A DNA stretch of 45,960 nucleotides from a virus. Under the pieces are notes generated by a model. That model made no database searches. It was not told where the DNA came from and saw only the letters and a list, made by a program, of their open reading frames with translations. The stretch's first letter is position 1. Every line of letters begins with the position of its first letter. Below are positions 25,005 through 33,934 of the stretch, piece after piece. The stretch covers positions 1 to 45,960 of the IMG/VR virus record IMGVR_UViG_3300044712_000189, one strand, 5' to 3'. Made by a program: the position numbers and the translations under genes.

Positions 25005-26756
25005 TTAGGTCACCGCAAGGCTTTGGACATTAGAGAAGTCCGCTCGCTCGTCAAGATAGACGAACATACCGTTGATACGAAACTCGTAACTGCGGATCGT
25101 ATCGTCAATTGTAATGCTCTGTTGGTTCACGTAATAGTATTCGTAGAATAGAGAGAAACTGAGACACCTAAAGGTTCCTCCACCGCGAAGGTTACCGAAA
25201 TGATCGGTAAGGAGGGTTTGTAACTTAGTGGCCGTAGTGCTGCTGACAAGCATATCGGCGGGGTTGATGTATCGAACGCCAAATCCGCCACGGTAGTAAG
25301 TGCTGGTGATACCACCATCACTGATTCCGAGTGAACGGTCGAACTGAACACGGTACACCTTCTTAAAGTCCACGTTGCTGTTAAACGTAAACTGCTTAGT
25401 CTCAAAGTAGTACCGAGGAAGTCGCCGTGCCGTAGGTAATCCGTCAGCAAGACGGTTCGCTGCCTCGTTAAAATTGAGGAACACTAACTGCGTGCCCAAT
25501 TCACTAGTACCGAGAGCATAGAACCCGTGTTGTGGCCCTACAGCCGTACCCATGAATCCTTGGCACGTTACGGTGTCGGTGTCTCCGGCGTCTTTAATAT
25601 GGAACTTACCGCCGTAGACGTCCCAACGTACCCACGCGCCGTTATTGAGGTTCATAGCGTAGTAACGGCTGCTCGACTCAGGGGTCTGAGTAGCAATCAG
25701 AGGCCCAAGCACAAGAAAGTCACTCATAATATGGAGCGACTGAATGACCTGTCCTGCACCTGTAGCCGTACTGTACCCACTGTTGTTGTTAAACAAGTCT
25801 AACTTGTTAGCGATATCTACGAATTGACCGCTGACGTACTCGTAAACTGACTTCTGATCTGACGTGAAGATACGATTACGCCACTCTACTGCAGAGTGTG
25901 CTCCCTGGGTGTCGCTAACCACACGAAGGTAGCCGTCGGTGCCAGGGTCAGTCTGGAACGTAAATCCGAACGTTCCTTGAGACTTAAAGATGTGTAAGGC
26001 GTCACCACTGAGAACCACGCTGGTGATGTAGTTAAGATCGTTAGTGGCATCTGTTCCGACGTCAAAGTAACCTCCCGAGGGTGAGGACCACACCGTAAAG
26101 TTTGTGGCTGCGCTGTAGTAGATTCGATCCTTGTAACAGATGAACAGTCGATCCTTCCAGATGAACGCTAAGTCCACCGAAGGCATGTTCCCTACAGCAG
26201 CCTGCCCGCCCGGCTTAAACAGTAAGCCTTGCGGGATAGTCGTGCTAGTTAACGTAGCAAGGTTAAGACCGATAGCCTGACCCGCTGCGTAATACATAGA
26301 CGTGCTGTCGTAGTTAGGGATCAGGAACACGTCGTTAATGTAAGCAAGAGCCTTGACAATGTAAGGGTTAGTACCCGGCATCACGTAACCCGTGTCAGAC
26401 CACGTAATCGTCTGAGACGCAGTATTCGCTGCCAGGACGCCCTTATAAATTTTGTTAGTCTCCCACTTGCTAGTGCCAGTGTTCCAACTAGCGCGTCCAA
26501 CTAAGAAAGTGGTATCGTTAAGGATTCCTAAAACGTCGAGGCGTTCTCCCAGGTCCCCGCCTCCTGCGGCCCTCAGGGTGGTCCCGATGGTCGCAGGAGC
26601 GATAGCCTGGAAGCCCGGTCGGTTGACGATAGAGCCGTCAGATCGGACAACTACATTGAGCGCGTACGCTAACTCGTCGTCTCGAATTAACTGTGCATCG
26701 GCACGTAAGTTTAACCCACGTCCCCACGGCCCTACAGGAAAGCGTCGCTTAGGCAT
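25005..26756 (-). CDS. Tail structural protein (about 583 aa; nozzle / tubular-B-like by position)
   Basis: Track ORF 25005..26783 trimmed to ATG 26756 (8-nt overlap with the upstream stop codon; gaggcg upstream). The protein is beta-rich. The function is positional inference. Confidence 0.75.
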   Translation of the reverse strand: MPKRRFPVGPWGRGLNLRADAQLIRDDELAYALNVVVRSDGSIVNRPGFQAIAPATIGTTLRAAGGGDLGERLDVLGILNDTTFLVGRASWNTGTSKWETNKIYKGVLAANTASQTITWSDTGYVMPGTNPYIVKALAYINDVFLIPNYDSTSMYYAAGQAIGLNLATLTSTTIPQGLLFKPGGQAAVGNMPSVDLAFIWKDRLFICYKDRIYYSAATNFTVWSSPSGGYFDVGTDATNDLNYITSVVLSGDALHIFKSQGTFGFTFQTDPGTDGYLRVVSDTQGAHSAVEWRNRIFTSDQKSVYEYVSGQFVDIANKLDLFNNNSGYSTATGAGQVIQSLHIMSDFLVLGPLIATQTPESSSRYYAMNLNNGAWVRWDVYGGKFHIKDAGDTDTVTCQGFMGTAVGPQHGFYALGTSELGTQLVFLNFNEAANRLADGLPTARRLPRYYFETKQFTFNSNVDFKKVYRVQFDRSLGISDGGITSTYYRGGFGVRYINPADMLVSSTTATKLQTLLTDHFGNLRGGGTFRCLSFSLFYEYYYVNQQSITIDDTIRSYEFRINGMFVYLDERADFSNVQSLAVT

Positions 26757-27399
26757 ACCAATCAATCGCCTCGCCGTAATCACGCGGCATGGCGGTGATT
26801 CCAGGATAGTAGTCCTGGTTCTCCCAATCCGCGTTATCCTTTAACTTCGTAACACCCGTCTCAAACTGAGCCATTTTCATCTGATAGTGCTGCAGATTAT
26901 CGTCTAATTCCGCAGCTTGCGCGATGCAATACTCAACGATACGCGGGTGATACTGAACAGGTAACTCGGGCGTATCCGTCGTAGCAGTAACCTGAACGGG
27001 CTGACGAGTGTAGTAGATAACCAGGTCAGTCGCGTTACTGGTTGACGGAGTAGGCCATAAGTAAATCTGACGTGCAAACTGCCAGAAGGCGGTAGGAGTA
27101 CCCTGGCTCGTAGTATCGTTCGCCACCATAATGTTATCGGCTTCCTCCATAGAGAGAGCCTGTAACTTAACGCCCTTCCACTTAACAGAGCGAAGGATCA
27201 GTAAGTTGGTGGGAATCGTATACTTCTGAGTGCCAGCCGTCGTCGTTGCACTAGCCGAGACTTGCAGGAGGTCGTTGGCAATAGCAATCTCAGTTTGAGC
27301 GTCGTTGACCCAACGAATAACGTCGGAGTCTGTAATTTGGGCACCAGCCTCGTCGCCAAACTGCCGCTTAACGCGGGTGGCAATCTCAGAGACTAACAC
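26749..27399 (-). CDS. Putative head-tail adaptor (216 aa)
   Basis: GTG 27399 follows AGGGGG. The N-terminus IATRVKRQFGDEAGAQITDSDVIRWVNDAQTEIA resembles connector/adaptor N-termini. This is inference. Confidence 0.65.
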   Translation of the reverse strand: MLVSEIATRVKRQFGDEAGAQITDSDVIRWVNDAQTEIAIANDLLQVSASATTTAGTQKYTIPTNLLILRSVKWKGVKLQALSMEEADNIMVANDTTSQGTPTAFWQFARQIYLWPTPSTSNATDLVIYYTRQPVQVTATTDTPELPVQYHPRIVEYCIAQAAELDDNLQHYQMKMAQFETGVTKLKDNADWENQDYYPGITAMPRDYGEAIDWYA

Positions 27400-27407
27400 T
27401 AGACCCC

Positions 27408-27821
27408 CTACAGGTCAATCTTCCTGCCATTGTGGCGGTACGTGTGCTTGGGCGACTTAATCATGCTAAGTGCCAGATCGTTCATCATGGCAACTTCGTC
27501 CTCTCGGACCTTTCGCTGGTAGTCGCGCACAGCCTTGTTGTGAATCTCTAACTCGTGGCCGACGTTCTTGTCCTTATTATCAGCCGCGTAAATCCGAGCC
27601 AGGAGACGCTCATCCACAAAAGATTCATCCTGAATTAAGAACGCAACATACTCTTGCCCGTTATCGTTCTTCTCGATGATTGCGAAGTGAGCGTCTCCTG
27701 GCTTACGGCGATCCTCAGGAATCCAGCGTAACTCTAAGCGACGGTCGTACTCCTGAATTAACTCGGCGATGCGTGCCGTCTTTTCGTTAATCCAGGAACC
27801 GTCTACTGCTGGGACGTGCAT
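27408..27821 (-). CDS. Hypothetical virion-module protein (137 aa)
   Basis: Its ATG overlaps the fibre stop codon (TAATG). Track ORF. Confidence 0.75.
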   Translation of the reverse strand: MHVPAVDGSWINEKTARIAELIQEYDRRLELRWIPEDRRKPGDAHFAIIEKNDNGQEYVAFLIQDESFVDERLLARIYAADNKDKNVGHELEIHNKAVRDYQRKVREDEVAMMNDLALSMIKSPKHTYRHNGRKIDL

Positions 27822-30523
27822 TACGGAACCTCATTCCAAGTAACAGGCGGGCGGTTAACTTCGACCCAGGTGCTGTTGTTAATAACAGTTTCTGCGTACG
27901 TAGCAGAAACCCTGGTGACCTCAACGAAGCCCGAAGCGTTCCGGGTCACTTCGACCCACAGCCCCGTACCAGGATTATACTCGATCCAGAAGTATCCGCC
28001 AACCTTCCAAATAAGGACTAATTCCTTAGCGGTGGTATTGCGGTCGTTCCAGATAACCTGGACACCCTTGTTAACAAGGGTTCGGTTGTTCCAGATAAAC
28101 TGCAGCGTCTTAGTAGTGAGTGACAGCGAATTCCAGATGCTCTGTAACGTCTTACCAGTCGTGGCTCGGTCGTTCCAGATTAACTGTCGAACCTGTCCCA
28201 CAGTAGTATTGACGTTCCAGATTGCTTGACGTGTGTTACCGACTGTTGCACGAGTATTCCAGATCATCTGATCTGCTTGACCCACTACAGCGCGTACGTT
28301 CCACACTAATTGCAGGTCGCGGTTAATAGGCGTAGTCGCTACGTTCTGTAGTACGTGCCACACCGCTTGTAACGAATTACCAGCGGCTGCGCGAATGTTC
28401 CAGATCACCTGTCTCGTGTTGCTAACAGTAGTATATGCGTTCCAAATTAACTGGCGGCTAGAATTTACGAGGCTTCGGACGTTCCAGATAAGTTGATCTG
28501 TGGCGCCTACGATAGATCGCACGTTCCAGATTAACTGGTCTTGCTGTCCTACTGTTGCTCGCACGTTCCAAATATACTGGTCGGCTGCGTTAACCAGCGC
28601 ACGCACGTTCCAGACTAACTGGTCCTGTGCGTTAACTGTCTGGCGCTGATTCCAGATTAACTGCAGATCGCGGTTAACTGGCGTAGTGGCAACTAACTGC
28701 AGTACGTTCCAAATAGCCTGTAGCGCATTACCCACAGCGGTGCGAGTATTCCAAATTAACTGATCTGCTTGTCCAACTACTGCACGCATATTCCAGATAG
28801 CCTGGACTGACTTAGTTACCGTACTACGTACGTTCCAAATCCACTGGTCAGTATTACCAACAGTTGCTCGCTGATTCCAAATTAACTGCTCCTGCTGGCC
28901 TACAGTAGCGCGGTCATTCCAAATTAACTGTAGAACCTTGCCAACTAAAGTGGTGTCCTTGCTGTTCCAGATCGCCTGTAGCGACTTATTAACAACAGAG
29001 CGCACGTTCCAAATTAACTGATCGGCTTGTCCCACAGTGGCTCGATCGTTCCAGACAAGGCTAAGATCCTTATTAACTTGAGTAAGAGCGATAGCAGGTA
29101 CAATAAGAATAGCCTCGTAGAAACGAGTATCTGCCGAGGTAACAGCAAGAGGCATTACGTCTAAAAAGGCACCCGAGTACGTACCAGCCGTAGGGACCGA
29201 ATCTCGCTTTAACAAAGATGGAGGACCGTTATCTCCATACAAGTAAGTAGAGTACGAACCGATCGAAGTAAGTGAACTATCTCTAAGTTGGAGAGTAGCT
29301 GTAAAGTTATCGCCTTGGAGTCCAACACGTGCTACCAAACCATAGATTACAGAGTTAGCATCTAACTCGAAATCTGGCAGGGTATAACGCACATATCCAT
29401 TAACAGCCGTAGCATCAACATCAAGATAAGTAGAGTTAGACCCATCGCTTAAAACAGTCCAATCATCACCATTAACATATAACTTAGTGCCGATATTGCT
29501 AGTGCTGCTTTCAGCGGTAATTTTAATTAACTTACCACTTAAAGCACTCGCCGCAGATGAATTAGAATCTACAGATAAAGACCCGTCTCCTGCTACGGCC
29601 TTAACAGTATATGTATGTGACGTAGTATCAATAGTGCCGTCTCCGGCATAACTAGTAATACAGGGGACAAAATAAAAGTTAGTTAACGAGTTAACAATAC
29701 CTACAACTTGTCCGGCCTCTACTCCGTCTTTATAGACAATATACTTAATAGGGGTAAGACCACCTACAGGTACGTTCCACGCGGTAAGGACGCCGCCGCG
29801 AACAGCACTCGCGCTGAACGACGCGGGACTATTAATACTCCCTACGCGAATTACAAGAGTAGATGCGGACCAGTCAGTAGATGTGACTGTACCATTAAAA
29901 ACAGCAGTAACAGGTCCTGTTGCAATCTTATACTGGGACTTGTGCTGCATGTTTGTGGCGCCACTACCACCTGTAGTACCACTGGTTAAAGTGCCTACCC
30001 AGGAACCGCCTGTAGTATCTGTATCATCAGTGGGCACCGCAGTACCCTCTACAGCAACCACTCCGACAACAAGGTCGCCTGCTACTGCTTCGGCAGATGA
30101 AGTAACACTCCACGTACCACTAGTACCACTTGCACCTACTGCACCAGCAAAACTTGTCGTACTTGCGTACCTAAATACGCGCCAATCTGCAGATTTAGCA
30201 GTGATAGATGCAGAGTACGTTAATGTAATATCTGTTAACGTACCACCGGAAGTAACCACGCCTGTAATAATAGCAGAACGTACAGCAGCACCCGCAGTTG
30301 CTGATACCGAGTTACTTGTAATACGAGTAGTCCAAGTAATAGCGGCAGCACCTGTGTGCGCGGCTGTAACTGTAGGTGCAGTAGCAGTAGTATTATCAAA
30401 TCCTGTAGTAACTACAACGATATCTCCTGCAGTAACAGAAGACATTCCTGAAAGACTGAGGGTTGTGCCAGCAGTCTTAGAAAATGCAGCATTACCAGTC
30501 TGTACGACTGAGATTGCTACCAT
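27821..30523 (-). CDS. Tail fibre / receptor-binding protein (900 aa) with 25 tandem 14-aa repeats
   Basis: AGGGGG lies upstream of ATG 30523. The N-terminal half is A/T/S/G/V-rich. The C-terminal half is a Q-[LA]-IWN-x-R-x-x-V-G repeat array, followed by (W/F)VEV(T/N)R mini-repeats. Confidence 0.85.
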   Translation of the reverse strand: MVAISVVQTGNAAFSKTAGTTLSLSGMSSVTAGDIVVVTTGFDNTTATAPTVTAAHTGAAAITWTTRITSNSVSATAGAAVRSAIITGVVTSGGTLTDITLTYSASITAKSADWRVFRYASTTSFAGAVGASGTSGTWSVTSSAEAVAGDLVVGVVAVEGTAVPTDDTDTTGGSWVGTLTSGTTGGSGATNMQHKSQYKIATGPVTAVFNGTVTSTDWSASTLVIRVGSINSPASFSASAVRGGVLTAWNVPVGGLTPIKYIVYKDGVEAGQVVGIVNSLTNFYFVPCITSYAGDGTIDTTSHTYTVKAVAGDGSLSVDSNSSAASALSGKLIKITAESSTSNIGTKLYVNGDDWTVLSDGSNSTYLDVDATAVNGYVRYTLPDFELDANSVIYGLVARVGLQGDNFTATLQLRDSSLTSIGSYSTYLYGDNGPPSLLKRDSVPTAGTYSGAFLDVMPLAVTSADTRFYEAILIVPAIALTQVNKDLSLVWNDRATVGQADQLIWNVRSVVNKSLQAIWNSKDTTLVGKVLQLIWNDRATVGQQEQLIWNQRATVGNTDQWIWNVRSTVTKSVQAIWNMRAVVGQADQLIWNTRTAVGNALQAIWNVLQLVATTPVNRDLQLIWNQRQTVNAQDQLVWNVRALVNAADQYIWNVRATVGQQDQLIWNVRSIVGATDQLIWNVRSLVNSSRQLIWNAYTTVSNTRQVIWNIRAAAGNSLQAVWHVLQNVATTPINRDLQLVWNVRAVVGQADQMIWNTRATVGNTRQAIWNVNTTVGQVRQLIWNDRATTGKTLQSIWNSLSLTTKTLQFIWNNRTLVNKGVQVIWNDRNTTAKELVLIWKVGGYFWIEYNPGTGLWVEVTRNASGFVEVTRVSATYAETVINNSTWVEVNRPPVTWNEVP
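28000..29068 (-). repeat. In-frame 42-bp tandem repeat array (25 units) inside the fibre gene
   Basis: ttccagat/ttccaaat (the reverse complement of I-W-N) recurs every 42 nt. Two 19-aa variant units (AIWNVLQLVATTPVNRDLQ and AVWHVLQNVATTPINRDLQ) lie 8 units apart. Confidence 0.9.
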
Positions 30524-30538
30524 GCTCGCCCCCTAAGA

Positions 30539-31096
30539 TTAGGCGGCGGTGTCGCCCTCAACGCGGATCGTGCAACCGTCGTTGTTCAGAGCAGCACGGT
30601 TAGCGGAGGTACGCCGCACCCAAATAGCCTTACAGGAACCGGCAGCGATGTTACCCAGAGATAAACCCTGCGCCTTGCTCGACAGCGCGCCAGCAGCCAC
30701 GTAGTTAGTAAACGTAACACCAGCAGGAGCGGTAGTCTCAGAAGCAATAGCGACAGCCTGAGCAGACGCCGAACCGATAGCAGAAGCAGCAGTCGGGTCC
30801 ACACCTAAAGCAACATCAACACCGTTAGTAACATCAGCAGTTAACCACACTACAGCAGACTGCAGCGTTAACGATGCGTTGCTATTGTGAACGAAGAAAC
30901 AGCGGTAATCCACTACAGCAGAAGCCGCGTTCTCGTCACCGGACACATCATCGAACAAGTTATTAAGCGACGCATCCGTAATCTGCGTCGTAGAGATTTG
31001 ATCGCCCAGCGAACCGGCAGCAGTACCAACAGTAGTGTTACCAGCGGCTGCAGAGACAGAGAACTTAAACAGGATTTCACCTGTGACAATAGGCAC
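30539..31096 (-). CDS. Structural protein (185 aa) immediately downstream of the capsid gene
   Basis: GTG 31096 follows AAGGAG. The protein is Ala/Thr/Val-rich. The function is unknown (decoration or tail component by position). Confidence 0.7.
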   Translation of the reverse strand: MPIVTGEILFKFSVSAAAGNTTVGTAAGSLGDQISTTQITDASLNNLFDDVSGDENAASAVVDYRCFFVHNSNASLTLQSAVVWLTADVTNGVDVALGVDPTAASAIGSASAQAVAIASETTAPAGVTFTNYVAAGALSSKAQGLSLGNIAAGSCKAIWVRRTSANRAALNNDGCTIRVEGDTAA

Positions 31097-31118
31097 AATT
31101 GCTCCTTAGACAAGAGAA

Positions 31119-31161
31119 GGGAGGGGAGAAGTAGCCCTCGGCAGCATACTTCTCCCCTCCC
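31119..31161 (-). terminator. Perfect 15-bp hairpin just downstream of the major capsid gene
   Basis: gggaggggagaagta (31119-31133) pairs with tacttctcccctccc (31147-31161), 9 nt after the capsid stop codon. This is the usual position for a partial terminator that boosts capsid stoichiometry. Confidence 0.65.
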
Positions 31162-31169
31162 AGCCTCTA

Positions 31170-32378
31170 CTAACCCTCGGTAACGTCCGCGAGGACGCCG
31201 TTGGCGTTACGACGGTTCACGCCAATCTCCCAGTAACTGTGAAGCACAGCCTGGAAGGCGTCGTAATCCGCGTACCACTTCCAGATGTTGCCGTCTAAGT
31301 CAAGCCACGACCAGTCCGAAGAACGGTAGATCGTAAGCGACGACTCGTCAAGGAACCACATCTTGTTGGAAGGCGCGTCCACGTCCTCAACAACGGGAAT
31401 CTCACGACCGTTGTTAAAGGCGAGGCCACGGATACCGCCGTTAAACTCCTTCGTGTCCGTGTACCGGCGCTGCTGCGTGAGCAGGTTAAAGTAAGCACGG
31501 CGCACACCGAGAGAGGTTAAGATAAGGGACGTGTCGCCACCGTTCACACGAACGTCGTCCGTTAACTTAATCATTAAGCCCTCGGAGAGAGCACGGTTCG
31601 TACCGGAGTTGTTGTTGTTAATCGCCTTCCACGTCGGCTCCGACGTGGGGTCGATGTTGTAAAGCGTACCCGTGTCGCTAACGATCGAAGCAAGACCGTT
31701 AGGCTCACGGTTAACGGACGACAGGCGACCGTTACCAGTACGAACAAGCGCGTCACCAGCAGCCCAGGTAGCGGTCGTGCTAAGCGTAACCACACCGGAC
31801 GACTTGTTGATCGCGTTGATCGTAAGACCAGTAGCCTTAACCGCACCCGTGGACGGCGTAACAATGTCCACAACCTGACCAACCTCAAGGTACTGAGTGT
31901 TGACCGCGGTGTACGAGGCCGAAGTAGTACCAAGAGCAGTCGTAGTAGCGAGCGTACCCGAACCGTCACCGTAGAAGATGCGGTTAACGTCCTTAGCGAT
32001 ATCGTTCTTAAGGCCGGTGACCTCGTAGTCCATCGCGTTAGCGAACGCCTGCGGGTTCGTCTTTGCTAACTCCATCGTCTGACCCGAGATACGCAGACGG
32101 CCGTAACCGTAGCGCAGACCAACACGAACGCTCGCGTAGGTCTGAGTACCCGGGTTCTGTAACTGCTCTAACTCGTTGCGGTAACCGATCGAGGGGTTAC
32201 GGCGAACGCGAACCGGGAAAGTGACGTACTTACCGCCAACCTCCGAGGTAACACCGTTCGACGACTTCTCGATACGCTTGATACCAACAATCTCATTCTG
32301 TAACTGATCCTGAATTCGGCCCTGGTAGACCTCCTTCATGATGTTGTTAACAGTAGTGAGTGTAACCTCACCAGCCAT
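31170..32378 (-). CDS. Major capsid protein (402 aa)
   Basis: AAGGAG lies upstream of the ATG. Codon bias is very strong. It follows a scaffold-like acidic gene and is followed by a hairpin. The size fits an HK97-fold capsid protein. The fold assignment is inference. Confidence 0.8.
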   Translation of the reverse strand: MAGEVTLTTVNNIMKEVYQGRIQDQLQNEIVGIKRIEKSSNGVTSEVGGKYVTFPVRVRRNPSIGYRNELEQLQNPGTQTYASVRVGLRYGYGRLRISGQTMELAKTNPQAFANAMDYEVTGLKNDIAKDVNRIFYGDGSGTLATTTALGTTSASYTAVNTQYLEVGQVVDIVTPSTGAVKATGLTINAINKSSGVVTLSTTATWAAGDALVRTGNGRLSSVNREPNGLASIVSDTGTLYNIDPTSEPTWKAINNNNSGTNRALSEGLMIKLTDDVRVNGGDTSLILTSLGVRRAYFNLLTQQRRYTDTKEFNGGIRGLAFNNGREIPVVEDVDAPSNKMWFLDESSLTIYRSSDWSWLDLDGNIWKWYADYDAFQAVLHSYWEIGVNRRNANGVLADVTEG

Positions 32379-32381
32379 GAC

Positions 32382-33164
32382 TTACTCTCCTTGTTGCGCT
32401 TGCAGCAGCATCTGTGCTACAAGATCCTTAGTGTCAGAGTTAGAGAGTGCCTTAGGGTCAATGGCCCGGGAAGGAACACCCCCACCTGCCGACATAACCT
32501 TAGGAGGCGCTGCCGGTGCGGGCTTAGTTCCACCTGCACGCTGCACGATTTGCTGATAACGGTTAACAGCTTCGTCTCCGTCTACGCCGTTAGCAAGAAG
32601 CGTAACCACGTAGTCGTCGTCGAAATCACCGTGCTCAGAGTGCAGGTATGCCATGTAAGCATCCAACTCTTCCTCAGCCTTTTCTAAGTCCTGTTGCTGC
32701 TGTAAGGCAACGAGTGCCTCCTGCTGCTCCATCAACTGTTGCTGAGTAAGTTGTAACTGCTGATAAAGTTCGGGGTCGCCCTCAAACTCGTCCGGGTCAA
32801 AGTTCATAGCAATCTCGCCTTCCGTTGCCCCTTGCTCTAAGGAGAAGTTGTAAGTCTGAGCCAGCAATTCCCATACTGCCTTCGGATCGGCCTCAACAGC
32901 CTGCTTAAGGTTAAGTGCAACCTCTAAGTCCTCGGGAGAGTAATCCGCGTACTGCTTAATGGGCTCATACTTAGAGTGTAGGCTTTGGAACCTGTTCTGG
33001 ACGCCCTTATCCCACTTTTCCAGGGTGGGTCTAAGTGCCTCATGGTACTGCTCGGGGACTGCATTTAAGATTTCTTGCCAAGCAGGGTGACCACCTACAG
33101 AAGCGGCCTCTTCTGCTAACAGAAAGTCTGTGCCCTCGTCCGAGCCGGGGTCTTGGACTGACAT
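32382..33164 (-). CDS. Scaffolding protein (acidic, Gln/Glu-rich, helical)
   Basis: The position between portal and capsid fits a scaffold. Coiled-coil-like stretch: QQLQLTQQQLMEQQEALVALQQQQDLEKAEEE. AGGAG lies upstream of the ATG. Confidence 0.7.
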   Translation of the reverse strand: MSVQDPGSDEGTDFLLAEEAASVGGHPAWQEILNAVPEQYHEALRPTLEKWDKGVQNRFQSLHSKYEPIKQYADYSPEDLEVALNLKQAVEADPKAVWELLAQTYNFSLEQGATEGEIAMNFDPDEFEGDPELYQQLQLTQQQLMEQQEALVALQQQQDLEKAEEELDAYMAYLHSEHGDFDDDYVVTLLANGVDGDEAVNRYQQIVQRAGGTKPAPAAPPKVMSAGGGVPSRAIDPKALSNSDTKDLVAQMLLQAQQGE

Positions 33165-33173
33165 TATTTACTC

Positions 33174-33692
33174 CTAGTTGTAAGCGTCGGTCTTAAAGTG
33201 GGAGGCTCGCTTCTCGGCAGCGGCCATAAACCGCTTCTTCTGCCCTTGCGAAACCTTACCCTTGTTCTTCTTTAAGTGACCAACTAACTGCTCCTGGCGA
33301 CGAGCCTTAGCCGCGTTCTTCTTAGACTTGCTCGGGCTAACACCCGCCTCAAGGGCAGATCGAACCTGCTTGGCACGCGCGCTTGCTTGCTCAGGGAGCG
33401 GGTTCTTAAACTTCTTGATACCCTTAGATGCCCCTGCAAGCTTATCAGTCATGCTGCTAAGGTCAGGCTTGGGCTTAACTACAGGCATCGGGGAGCGAGT
33501 AACCGGAGGCGTAACGCTTCGATTAGGAAGCGGCACTAAGTTGCCACCGGGAGCCGACTTAGTAGGAGCAGGAGTAGGCATCGGTCGTAACTGCGGGTTC
33601 GGCACCATCTTACCGACAGGATTTAACCGAGTCGGCATACCGGAGCGACCAACAGAACGGTTAGGCATAGGCACGGGGCCAGAAACAGCCAT
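33174..33692 (-). CDS. Pro-rich and Lys-rich basic head-module protein (172 aa)
   Basis: Track ORF. Its start overlaps the upstream stop codon (TAATG). It has PNRSV repeats and a basic C-terminal half. Confidence 0.7.
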   Translation of the reverse strand: MAVSGPVPMPNRSVGRSGMPTRLNPVGKMVPNPQLRPMPTPAPTKSAPGGNLVPLPNRSVTPPVTRSPMPVVKPKPDLSSMTDKLAGASKGIKKFKNPLPEQASARAKQVRSALEAGVSPSKSKKNAAKARRQEQLVGHLKKNKGKVSQGQKKRFMAAAEKRASHFKTDAYN

Positions 33693-33934
33693 TAGATACC
33701 TGCCGAGTCGTCGTTAAGTCGAAGAGCGTAGATCATATCGTTAACAGTCATAGCGTCGAGGTTAGCAGCGGAGTACGCGGTTGCACTAATAGCAGTGAGT
33801 CGAGTACGCAGCGTCTGAACTGAGGCGTAGTTAGCGGGGGTGGCGATTGCCTGCGTAAGAAGCGGCGTCGGGCCAGTTTGCACCTGACGCTTATCCACCA
33901 CGCTACGAACCACACCAAGTTGGGCATTAGCCAT
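33692..33934 (-). CDS. Small head-module protein (80 aa)
   Basis: Its start overlaps the portal stop codon (TAATG). Track ORF. Confidence 0.7.
   Translation of the reverse strand: MANAQLGVVRSVVDKRQVQTGPTPLLTQAIATPANYASVQTLRTRLTAISATAYSAANLDAMTVNDMIYALRLNDDSAGI

Noticed and set aside
27821-30523. Diversity-generating retroelement (DGR) targeting the repeat-rich fibre.
   Set aside because: I recognised no reverse transcriptase gene anywhere in the genome, and there is no template-repeat / variable-repeat pair with adenine-specific differences. The variation is ordinary diverged tandem repeats.
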